Shown piece by piece: positions 27,470-34,582 of a stretch of DNA of 34,582 bases. This stretch comes from a virus (lineage: Duplodnaviria > Caudoviricetes): positions 1-34,582 of the IMG/VR virus record IMGVR_UViG_3300037044_000209, one strand, 5' to 3'. Position numbers and translations under genes: made by a program. Position 1 is the stretch's first letter, and each line of letters starts with the position of its first letter. The notes beneath the pieces are model-generated. The model was not told the origin of the DNA and did no database searches. It saw only the letters and a program-made list of their open reading frames with translations.

Positions 27470-27535
27470 AGCCGTTGAGATACTAATCACAACGCTTTAA
27501 AAATTATAGCATTTCTAATCTTGGTGTGTAAATTA
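27470..27535 (-). promoter_or_regulatory. Late promoter and leader motif, copy 1
   Basis: TTTACA-18-TATAAT (TGn), 6 nt, then AGCGTTGTGA-TTAGTA-TCTCAACGGCT-ATG. Confidence 0.8.
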
Positions 27536-27617
27536 GTTTGAGAAATAAAACTTGATATGGTTGCTAAATGCGGGGATAGTGCCACAATTAATTCAAATCC
27601 CCTCTTGAATAACTATA

Positions 27618-27839
27618 TCAACTCCTTTTCTCAGGCACAAATAGAGGGAGGTCGTCCGAAAGGGTAGGGGAGGGGATTAAGTCATAATTCTCCGTAAATC
27701 TCCGCAAGGCGATATCTACAATCAGTGTCATGGGTTGTCCTGTTATCTCGGAAATACTATGCAATTCCCTTATTCGCCGGCTATGAATTCGTGGTTGGTA
27801 TAATCGCTCATCGTCTTTCCAACTCATTCTCTCTGTCAT
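27618..27839 (-). CDS. Small RHH/CopG-like DNA-binding protein
   Basis: YQPRIHS..IRELH.IS..TG.PMT..VD.AL: strand followed by two helices. Confidence 0.5.
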   Translation of the reverse strand: MTERMSWKDDERLYQPRIHSRRIRELHSISEITGQPMTLIVDIALRRFTENYDLIPSPTLSDDLPLFVPEKRS

Positions 27840-28015
27840 TTTAAAGGGTAGTAAATTAAATCACGACTTGCAGAAAACAGAATAACCCAAATTCCAACTA
27901 TCACCCAAATCAAGATAACAATAAAGTATGGGATGTTCTTCGGGTCAGTGATTGTATCGATAACCGCATTTCTAATAGCCAGTTTTGTCTTTTCCCAAAT
28001 TTCTTTTAAACTCAT
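27836..28015 (-). CDS. 59-aa single-TM protein (not in ORF track)
   Basis: MSLKEIWEKTK...YFIVILIWVIVGIWVILF...; ATGA-coupled both sides. Confidence 0.7.
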   Translation of the reverse strand: MSLKEIWEKTKLAIRNAVIDTITDPKNIPYFIVILIWVIVGIWVILFSASRDLIYYPLK

Positions 28016-28809
28016 TTGCCTCTAATAAACATAATGACATCTTCTTTATCTCTGGTACAGGGCATACAAGCAACTTCAATCTCGCTTTTTACTCCTACCC
28101 GTAATTTAAGTCCACATTCAGGGCATTCCCATTTATTCAATGTTGACCTCCCTTTTGGTCGTGCTTTAAATTTATCAGGATATAATTCCCACCAATCAGT
28201 AATACCGTCTTCTGGTATTTCTCCTTCTGGTCGTGTTATACCGTACTCTTTCATCAAGACCTCAAACACACCATCAGCCGGAGCGATATGACAACCAACT
28301 ACTGGCTTGGGGTGTAAGCCAAAATATTCTGCCTTTTTGACAAACTCGGCATTGTGGGTATTGTTTCCTTTTTTGTATGGATGCTCCCCCACATTTTGTT
28401 GCCAGAGATGGATCATTTCATGCAGTAAAGTTTCCAAAGCTCCCCATTGGCCAAATCTCCACTCGATACCTTCCGCTCCGGTTATATAGTGAACTCTATT
28501 AAAATTTATCTCGTATAAAAGTCCATGGTCATTTCTGGCTAAGGTGTAAGCTGCTTCAGTCTCCACCCTCATTCTTTCAAAACCGATAACTGGGTCGGGT
28601 AAAGGAGGTTTTCCAGGCACGGCAATAGGATCAAGTAACCTCTGTTTAAAAATCCTTGCCCAACGGTTTAAAAACTTGTACTGCTCATTAAACTCCCAGT
28701 CTTTTGCTCCTTCGACATAATCATTTAACACGGGTTGGATTTTTGTCTGGTCCCTGGTATTGGTAATTAATACCCCCCTTTGGGCTATCTCAGGTAATTT
28801 TTCTTTCAT
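28012..28809 (-). CDS. SprT-like zinc metalloprotease with C-terminal Zn finger
   Basis: TLLHEMIHLWQ...H.AEF; CPECG...CMPC; TGTTAAACT 5 nt upstream. Confidence 0.8.
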   Translation of the reverse strand: MKEKLPEIAQRGVLITNTRDQTKIQPVLNDYVEGAKDWEFNEQYKFLNRWARIFKQRLLDPIAVPGKPPLPDPVIGFERMRVETEAAYTLARNDHGLLYEINFNRVHYITGAEGIEWRFGQWGALETLLHEMIHLWQQNVGEHPYKKGNNTHNAEFVKKAEYFGLHPKPVVGCHIAPADGVFEVLMKEYGITRPEGEIPEDGITDWWELYPDKFKARPKGRSTLNKWECPECGLKLRVGVKSEIEVACMPCTRDKEDVIMFIRGK

Positions 28810-28824
28810 AAATTAGTTTAACAT

Positions 28825-28962
28825 TTAATTTTTCTTTCTAACTTGATTCATTTTTACCCCCAGTCTTTCAGCATCCTCTTTGCTTAACCAAATCTCTTTA
28901 AATGGACTATCCCCCTCTGAAAAGTGGTCTAATGGAAATGACTTTTTATTAAAGTTCGGCAT
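28825..28962 (-). CDS. 45-aa hypothetical protein (not in ORF track)
   Basis: MPNFNKKSFPLDHF...; fills the gap in the operon. Confidence 0.45.
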   Translation of the reverse strand: MPNFNKKSFPLDHFSEGDSPFKEIWLSKEDAERLGVKMNQVRKKN

Positions 28963-29305
28963 ATTTAGATTGATAATAATTAACAAGTTCTTTTAGGTCT
29001 AAATTTTTAACAGTTGTCCGGCGGACTTCTTTGGCTGTTTCATAAAACTTTGGATATTCCTTTTTTAACCACTCTGCAAATTCAAGCGGTTCCTGGTGAC
29101 TCCACCTCAAATGACACGTATAGCACATGGTAATGGCGTTATACTCATTCCACCTTCCGGCTAAATTTCTTCTTCCTGCGATATGAGCACATTGTAAAGT
29201 ATCAGTTCGAGAGCATTTTAAACATTTTCCATCTCTTTTTCGGATGTATTGAGAGAATAGTTTGTCTAATTTTTTATAAAGCGTTTTTCTATTTTCTCTT
29301 TTCAT
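28949..29305 (-). CDS. NinG/Rap-like HNH nuclease
   Basis: LDKLFSQYIRKRD..CxxC....QCAH...R.....RW...N....CxxC. Confidence 0.8.
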   Translation of the reverse strand: MKRENRKTLYKKLDKLFSQYIRKRDGKCLKCSRTDTLQCAHIAGRRNLAGRWNEYNAITMCYTCHLRWSHQEPLEFAEWLKKEYPKFYETAKEVRRTTVKNLDLKELVNYYQSKYAEL

Positions 29306-29626
29306 TTATGTATGGGGTGGGGTGGTAGGTCTAAACTTTTTACACTTTCTGCACACCAAAGCCTTATTGTCACATTCTAAGTCATACTCGTGTTTACACT
29401 CTTCTTTAGGTTTATCGGCTTCCTCACAACAACAAGGCATACTCTCACATATGTAACAGGGTGATAATTTATCAAAACTTTCTTCCCAATTAGTGTAGTG
29501 AGGGAGGTTGTAACCTTTATCAGGTTTATCTGCTAGGGCTAGGAGTATGTTTTGCAACTCTTCGCAATACCAGTTTTGCTCTTTTAACCATTGGTATATT
29601 TCAATTCTTGAAAATTTATATTTCAT
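29306..29626 (-). CDS. Cys-rich hypothetical protein
   Basis: Mosaic of Cys clusters; LADKP/EADKP repeat. Confidence 0.55.
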   Translation of the reverse strand: MKYKFSRIEIYQWLKEQNWYCEELQNILLALADKPDKGYNLPHYTNWEESFDKLSPCYICESMPCCCEEADKPKEECKHEYDLECDNKALVCRKCKKFRPTTPPHT

Positions 29627-30083
29627 TTTTATTTAAACTTTTAATACAGTTTTTAAAAATTTCTTTCCATTCTTTTTCAGTTGGTTCTTTATCCCATCGG
29701 GTATCTCTGCCAATCCACTTATACCAAATACAACCAGTCTTGGTGGGTTTGTAAAAGAAGTTTGGTGCTGAACCCCATTTAAACCAATGTCTACCGTACT
29801 TATCTAATAGTTCTTTTTTCATCTTAGTGTAGTTTTTATTCTCTTTTGGGTCGTTCATCATACACCATAGGCATTCATCGTATTCATCACACCAACAGAA
29901 CGGATGCATCATAAAAGTATCGTTTTCAAATTCAACACCATACCCAAATTCACCCCCTAATCCAAAGCCGCCTCCACTACCATCATCGTGACCACTTTTA
30001 ACTAGAAACTCGGTTAAATTTACCAAATCACAATCAATATCTGATGTTGCCTTTGGTGGTAATACTATTGTTAATTTTTTCAT
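29616..30083 (-). CDS. Hypothetical phage protein
   Basis: FENDTFMMHPFCWC, PNFFYKPT, WYKWIGRD motifs; start moved to 30083. Confidence 0.65.
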   Translation of the reverse strand: MKKLTIVLPPKATSDIDCDLVNLTEFLVKSGHDDGSGGGFGLGGEFGYGVEFENDTFMMHPFCWCDEYDECLWCMMNDPKENKNYTKMKKELLDKYGRHWFKWGSAPNFFYKPTKTGCIWYKWIGRDTRWDKEPTEKEWKEIFKNCIKSLNKNEI

Positions 30084-30087
30084 ATTT

Positions 30088-30327
30088 CTATTTAATTTTA
30101 AATTGGTGAGCATTGGCGGTAGTGGGAGTATCAACAACTTGCTTCTCCTCAGAAACAATTAAAGCCTTTCTCAGTGGCTTTTGCCTACCACCGCCTTGCC
30201 CATGTAATTTTTTTGAGACCCTATTACCTAAGTAAATTTGCTCTTTTTCAACCTCATATTTCTTGACGATCATATCAATCCTCTTCTGTAATCCTTCTAA
30301 AGCTCGTTCTCTTTGTTGTGGTGTCAT
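30088..30327 (-). CDS. Hypothetical basic protein
   Basis: ATGA-coupled. Confidence 0.55.
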   Translation of the reverse strand: MTPQQRERALEGLQKRIDMIVKKYEVEKEQIYLGNRVSKKLHGQGGGRQKPLRKALIVSEEKQVVDTPTTANAHQFKIK

Positions 30328-30644
30328 ATAAATATCCCTTGTCCGTTATCTTCACGGTAAATAAAAGTTCCTTTAGTAGCTGATTTTATTCCCCTTCTCT
30401 TTCTCACCAGTTCGCTAGTTGGACCAAGTTCCGGGTAGAGTTGTTGGATTTTCTGTCTTGCTCTTCTGATACTTTCTGGAGAGGTGGCTTTTAAAAAATC
30501 ACATTCTTTAATAAAATCGCCGTATGCGTCGCCATAATCTATAAGACCTTCTTCTTCCCAAAATTTCCAAATTAACCTCTTATCGCTGTTTCGGGTATCT
30601 GGGTAATTTTCTAAGATAGTTTTCAACCTGTCGTAAGTTTTCAT
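30324..30644 (-). CDS. Putative wHTH-like DNA-binding protein
   Basis: IL..YP.TRNSDK.L...ESIRRARQKIQ. Confidence 0.6.
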   Translation of the reverse strand: MKTYDRLKTILENYPDTRNSDKRLIWKFWEEEGLIDYGDAYGDFIKECDFLKATSPESIRRARQKIQQLYPELGPTSELVRKRRGIKSATKGTFIYREDNGQGIFI

Positions 30645-30653
30645 AGTTTAAAA

Positions 30654-30803
30654 TTAATCAATAAATTTATCTAACTCCTCAGATAAGATATCAGCTAACT
30701 CCATTAAATCTGCTTTATACCCTGCCGGTCTTCCCTTCAACCTTTCCATCTCATTTAAGATACATTGGTAGTTTAGGCATAATAGCCTTTTTGATAGGTT
30801 CAT
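30654..30803 (-). CDS. 49-aa hypothetical protein (not in ORF track)
   Basis: MNLSKRLLCLNYQCILNEMERLK...; AACTATG start like neighbours. Confidence 0.6.
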   Translation of the reverse strand: MNLSKRLLCLNYQCILNEMERLKGRPAGYKADLMELADILSEELDKFID

Positions 30804-30805
30804 AG

Positions 30806-31342
30806 TTATTTGTTCCAGCAATGTTTACTAGCGTTCCAAGGTTGAAAACCTCTGGATTGATATAACTTATAAGCACACTTGATATTGTCTTGAAAATCCC
30901 ATCTTTCACCTTCACACTTGTTGCCATCCCATGTTCCAATAATTATCTGGAAAATTCCGGTGGCGGTTGATGTTGGATTTTTGGCTTCCGGTCTAAGACC
31001 TGACTCACATTTAGCTATTCTAATCATGGTCATAATGTCTTGATTTTCTACTCCTAATTCTTCCCCAACATCACGAATACAAGTGATTGGATCAAAACAA
31101 TATGGGGTTTCTATCGCTTTTACCTCAATCGTCTGTTTATGGGTCGCTGGTAAAGCCTCTGGGGTAACTTTTGGCTCATTGAAAGCTCTCCAAAGAGTTA
31201 CTGTCAAGATGGTGCCGGCAAGGAAGCCCAGAATAAGAGCTGATAACAGAATTTGATTCCTGACTCTTTTGGCCTCAGCCTGTTGTCTTTGTTTGTAGGC
31301 TCTACCTGTTTTAGTCCGAAAGTCTATTGTTGATATGGTCAT
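30806..31342 (-). CDS. Membrane-anchored lytic transglycosylase (SLT-like)
   Basis: TM helix; IAKCESG, ATGIFQI..TW, NI..A, G..PW.AS. Confidence 0.85.
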   Translation of the reverse strand: MTISTIDFRTKTGRAYKQRQQAEAKRVRNQILLSALILGFLAGTILTVTLWRAFNEPKVTPEALPATHKQTIEVKAIETPYCFDPITCIRDVGEELGVENQDIMTMIRIAKCESGLRPEAKNPTSTATGIFQIIIGTWDGNKCEGERWDFQDNIKCAYKLYQSRGFQPWNASKHCWNK

Positions 31343-31349
31343 AGTTTTA

Positions 31350-31832
31350 TTAAATAGGTAAATTTTCTTCTAACTCTCTAATCTGATTTTGGTAATCATC
31401 CCTCATTTCCTCCATTTCCTGTTCTACGTTTTCAGTGTTGACTACAATTAGAGAACCGATTAGTTTTTGAAGTCTAGGCACAATAAATTCCTCAATATTT
31501 TTCTGGGCTTCTTTTTCTACTATCCACTTCATATTCTGACTAATCCATTCTTTGGTGTATTTGGCTACCAGTTCTCTAAGTTCTTCAATAAGAATTTTTT
31601 TAGCTTCTTCTTTTAGCCATTCACCGCTATAACCTCTTTCTTTAAAGTCGTTCAAGTTTATGGCTTGTTTAATATCTGAAACCACCGATGACTGTATCCA
31701 GTTTTTTATCTCTCTTTTAGCGGACTCTTGGATGGAGTTATAAACTGTAGACCCATCAATATAGGTTTCTTTTTCCAACAGATCCTTCGTTATTTTATTA
31801 AAATCAATTTCTACAATTATTTTATTTTTCAT
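31350..31832 (-). CDS. Hypothetical coiled-coil protein
   Basis: Helical; start moved to AAAACTATG at 31832. Confidence 0.65.
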   Translation of the reverse strand: MKNKIIVEIDFNKITKDLLEKETYIDGSTVYNSIQESAKREIKNWIQSSVVSDIKQAINLNDFKERGYSGEWLKEEAKKILIEELRELVAKYTKEWISQNMKWIVEKEAQKNIEEFIVPRLQKLIGSLIVVNTENVEQEMEEMRDDYQNQIRELEENLPI

Positions 31833-31836
31833 AGTT

Positions 31837-32013
31837 TTAGTCTTCATTTTTAATTATTAAATTAGACAATGATTTTGACCAAAGGGATATTTCTATCTCT
31901 TCACCTGTATTGGTGGTGATGGTTATAAGTCGGCATTTATTACTTGAGGTCTTTGAATGGTAAATATCCGATTTTGTGATTTCCTCGACGTTGTAGATGT
32001 TTAGATCAGTCAT
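31837..32013 (-). CDS. Small hypothetical protein
   Basis: Start moved to AAAACTATG at 32013. Confidence 0.6.
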   Translation of the reverse strand: MTDLNIYNVEEITKSDIYHSKTSSNKCRLITITTNTGEEIEISLWSKSLSNLIIKNED

Positions 32014-32017
32014 AGTT

Positions 32018-32269
32018 TTATAAAATAATATTTCCATGCTTATCAAAACGACCACCAAGGGTTTTAATGGTCTGCAAAAATTGATTTAGTAACCCAATCT
32101 CTTTATCGCTCATATTAGAGACTGCCCCAATGTTTCCGAAAAACATACTCATCAGGTCTAATTTTTTTCTGACTTGCTCCGAGGTACAACCGAGTTCATA
32201 TAATCTGGCATAGGCTTCTTTTACAATGATTTCACGAAAATCTGCTTCTCTGATATCTTGGTTTGTCAT
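32018..32269 (-). CDS. Hypothetical protein
   Basis: ATGA-coupled to upstream gene. Confidence 0.6.
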   Translation of the reverse strand: MTNQDIREADFREIIVKEAYARLYELGCTSEQVRKKLDLMSMFFGNIGAVSNMSDKEIGLLNQFLQTIKTLGGRFDKHGNIIL

Positions 32270-33021
32270 TTTTTGGAATTTAAACGGGTAATGATATCGG
32301 AGGCTTGCTGTTTGGTTAGTCCGGCAATGCTTTGAACTTCGAATTCTGTTTTAAATTCTTCCTCTGTCAATCCTTTGGACTTGATGATGGTAAAAATAGC
32401 TCTCGTCTGAGCTTCGGAGATTTCCCCTGTCATTGGTTTGGGTTGACGTGGGGTTGTTTCATATCGGGGAGCTGGTCGAGAGCCTCCATTATCTCCGCTC
32501 AATATTTCTTTTGGCATATCCTCTAAATCTTGTGTGAAGAAGTCGGATAAACCGCCTGTTCGTAATACTGCGTCAATCTGGGCCCTTTTCTCAGCAATTT
32601 TGATGGCGTTATTAGCTGTCCATCCTTGTTTCTCTCCAATACTAGCTGAACCTCTACCCTCACCAACTATAACTCCATTATTTGAGACTAAATCGCATTT
32701 ATAACAGAATAGTCCGGAAACTTTTCCCGACATTTCCCATGTATCATCATCTCTTTCAAATGATGGTCGGAAGTGAAAAAGTGAACAAAATTTTTCACTC
32801 CCTGGCTTGAATAGGGAGGGCTTGCTTTCGACTTCCGTTCCGTCTCTTTTGGTAAATTTGATGGTGCCAAAATCAACCCCTGCTTTCATGTGTTGGGTGA
32901 TGAATTCGGTTATGAGTTTTCGTTGTTCGGTTTCTTCTTTTATTCTCACTTGTAAATCTTGGGTGGTTAGGACTGGAGCTTGATTTATTTTTACGATATC
33001 GGTCATGTTTTCTGGTGACAT
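32266..33021 (-). CDS. Putative single-strand annealing/recombination protein
   Basis: LFKPGSEK, N.AIK.AEKRA.IDAVL, FTQDLED, linker and C-terminal S.AQ...LT..QAS..I helical domain. Confidence 0.55.
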   Translation of the reverse strand: MSPENMTDIVKINQAPVLTTQDLQVRIKEETEQRKLITEFITQHMKAGVDFGTIKFTKRDGTEVESKPSLFKPGSEKFCSLFHFRPSFERDDDTWEMSGKVSGLFCYKCDLVSNNGVIVGEGRGSASIGEKQGWTANNAIKIAEKRAQIDAVLRTGGLSDFFTQDLEDMPKEILSGDNGGSRPAPRYETTPRQPKPMTGEISEAQTRAIFTIIKSKGLTEEEFKTEFEVQSIAGLTKQQASDIITRLNSKK

Positions 33022-33027
33022 AAATAG

Positions 33028-33165
33028 TTAATTTAAAACTAATAAATTTTCAAAAATATGTTGTGCTTTTTCTCTGATTATTTCATCCTGGCAAGTAATA
33101 TCACACTCTTCCATGGCTAATTCCCATGCTTTGTCTAAAATTATTTGATTGTTTTGGATGGACAT
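33028..33165 (-). CDS. 45-aa hypothetical protein (not in ORF track)
   Basis: MSIQNNQIILDKAWELAMEE... Confidence 0.5.
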   Translation of the reverse strand: MSIQNNQIILDKAWELAMEECDITCQDEIIREKAQHIFENLLVLN

Positions 33166-33256
33166 TTATTTCTAAATTTGTAATCTAATGTATTTTTACA
33201 TATATGGCATGTTGAGTAAAGGGGTAAATCTGATACAAACTAGGTCAAATTTAGTT

Positions 33257-33439
33257 TTATGCTTCTAAACTATCGATTCTTTTCTTACACCAGCGAATAA
33301 TGGCGTAAAGTCGAGATTGGCTAATGCCGTATCGCTTCATCACCATATCCCTTTGTTTTTTGTTGAGATTTTCATCTTTTTTCCAGATATCAAATATCTC
33401 AAAGTTTCTTTCAAATTTTGATTTCGGTTTAGTTCCCAT
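33257..33439 (-). CDS. Small Mor-like HTH regulator
   Basis: RNFEIF...KRYGISQSRLYAII; divergent from integrase. Confidence 0.65.
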   Translation of the reverse strand: MGTKPKSKFERNFEIFDIWKKDENLNKKQRDMVMKRYGISQSRLYAIIRWCKKRIDSLEA

Positions 33440-33477
33440 GTTCTATATATGCTATAATTTTATAGAACAAGTGTCAA
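33439..33477. promoter_or_regulatory. Overlapping divergent promoters with operator-like inverted repeat
   Basis: Minus: TTGACA-17-TAGCAT; plus: TGCTATAAT; TGTTCTATA-N13-TATAGAACA. Confidence 0.7.
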
Positions 33478-33502
33478 GAATCATAAAAGAAAGAAGGAAG
33501 GA

Positions 33503-34582
33503 TTGAAAAGAAGAAGTCGAGGGGAAGGTTCAATTTACCGGCGTGAAGATGGTTTGTGGGTTGGTCAAATATATGTTGCCGGAAAGAAAAAAGTAAAATA
33601 TTCAAAGATTCAAAAAGAAGTTCGGGAATGGCTTCATCAACAAAAAGACTCTGTGAATAAAGGGATATTTATTGATAAAAAGGACATCACCTTAACAGAT
33701 TTTCTAACTCGCTTCATAGAATCCCAAGAGTCAACACTACGCCCTAAAACAATAGAAAGCTACAACTACCTTATCAGAGTTCATATAGTGCCGGAACTGG
33801 GGAATTGTAAACTTTCACAACTTAGGCCGGATATTATCCAAGCCTTTTACACTTTAAAAGTAAATTCTAATCTATCAAAAAGAACCGTCCAGTATATGCA
33901 CGCTGTACTCCACAAGGCATTAGACCAGGCTATGAAATGGGGTTTGGTAGCAAGGAACGTAGCCGATTTAGTGGACCCTCCAAGACCGACAAAAAATATT
34001 CCTAAAACATGGACAGTCGAACAATCAAAAAGATTTTTAGAACAGGTAAAAGACTCTCGTTTTTTTCCTATGTACTGTTTAGCTTATATCGGCCTTCGAG
34101 AAGGGGAGATCCTTGGCCTTGCTGTCAAGGACTTTGATAGAGAAAACCATACCATTACCATCCGTCAGGCTCTCCAATATATTACCGGTAGGGGATTGAT
34201 TATTGCCGAACCTAAAACAGAATCATCAAAAAGGACAATCAAGTTGCCTGATTTTGTTTATGAGGCTTTGGTAAATCATCCAGTAAACAAGGATCAGGAG
34301 TTATTATTTGTCACCTCAAATAACACCCCCTTCAATCCTCGAAATTTCGTCAGAGATTTTAAATCACAGACGAAAGAAGCCGGATTGCCAGAGATTAGAT
34401 TCCATGATTTACGTCATTTCGCTGTATCTTTTCTTATCAATGAGTTAAAAATCCCACCTAAAGTTGTGCAGGACATTATCGGACACGCTACTATCAATCT
34501 CACCATGACCGTTTATTCCCATTCAAATACGGATCAGCAAAGTGAGGCCATGGAGAAAATGGGGAATGCTTTTGCAATTTAA
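33503..34582 (+). CDS. int: Tyrosine recombinase/integrase
   Basis: GEGSIY arm-binding N-terminus; GLREGE, PKT, FHDLRH, IGH, VYSH catalytic residues; TTG start with SD-like AAGGA. Confidence 0.95.
   Translation: MKRRSRGEGSIYRREDGLWVGQIYVAGKKKVKYSKIQKEVREWLHQQKDSVNKGIFIDKKDITLTDFLTRFIESQESTLRPKTIESYNYLIRVHIVPELGNCKLSQLRPDIIQAFYTLKVNSNLSKRTVQYMHAVLHKALDQAMKWGLVARNVADLVDPPRPTKNIPKTWTVEQSKRFLEQVKDSRFFPMYCLAYIGLREGEILGLAVKDFDRENHTITIRQALQYITGRGLIIAEPKTESSKRTIKLPDFVYEALVNHPVNKDQELLFVTSNNTPFNPRNFVRDFKSQTKEAGLPEIRFHDLRHFAVSFLINELKIPPKVVQDIIGHATINLTMTVYSHSNTDQQSEAMEKMGNAFAI

Larger units (their letters stand above)
1..34582. mobile_element. Temperate podovirus-like prophage/phage genome (boundaries not visible)
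   Basis: Integrase, terminase pair, portal, P22-like coat, scaffold, nozzle, ejection-type proteins, amidase and holins, O-like initiator; no tape measure or sheath. Confidence 0.92.

Noticed and set aside
320-33506. Many short opposite-strand or alternative-frame ORFs in the track (e.g. 2366..2632, 4971..5177, 13300..13755, 20852..21217, 30751..30939, 33324..33506)
   Set aside because: They shadow well-supported genes and show no motifs or initiation signals
1-34582. attL/attR, terminal repeats, tRNA genes
   Set aside because: Window ends at stop codons; no terminal repeat or tRNA cloverleaf recognised by eye
1-34582. Stop-codon reassignment
   Set aside because: Long ORFs are intact in the standard bacterial code; TGA ends genes in many ATGA overlaps and TAG ends others

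Overview
The window is a largely complete, AT-rich temperate podovirus-like prophage or phage genome, trimmed at gene ends: it starts at a minus-strand stop codon and ends at the integrase stop, and no att sites are visible. Almost all genes are on the minus strand. From right to left: tyrosine integrase (+); small HTH regulator and early genes (putative ssDNA-annealing protein, membrane-anchored SLT, NinG-like nuclease, SprT-like protease); a rearranged P22-like virion region (adaptor, portal, nozzle, three paralogous tail proteins, three ejection-type proteins, TerS/TerL, scaffold, coat, fibres); lysis cassette; two + strand accessory genes; a Replic_Relax-like plus VirD4/TraD-like ATPase module; an excisionase-like HTH; and a lambda-O-like initiator with iterons and an attenuator-like leader. 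Two observations stand out. (1) Four late modules begin with extended -10, RGCGTTGTG and a hairpin ending right at the ATG, and the exact complement CACAACGCTT sits in the loop of a structured RNA in the scaffold leader. This suggests an RNA key-and-lock switch for late translation. (2) TerL, the head-tail adaptor and two small proteins all end in a basic segment plus YGL-stop, with different synonymous codons. All family calls come from motif recognition by eye, not database searches.
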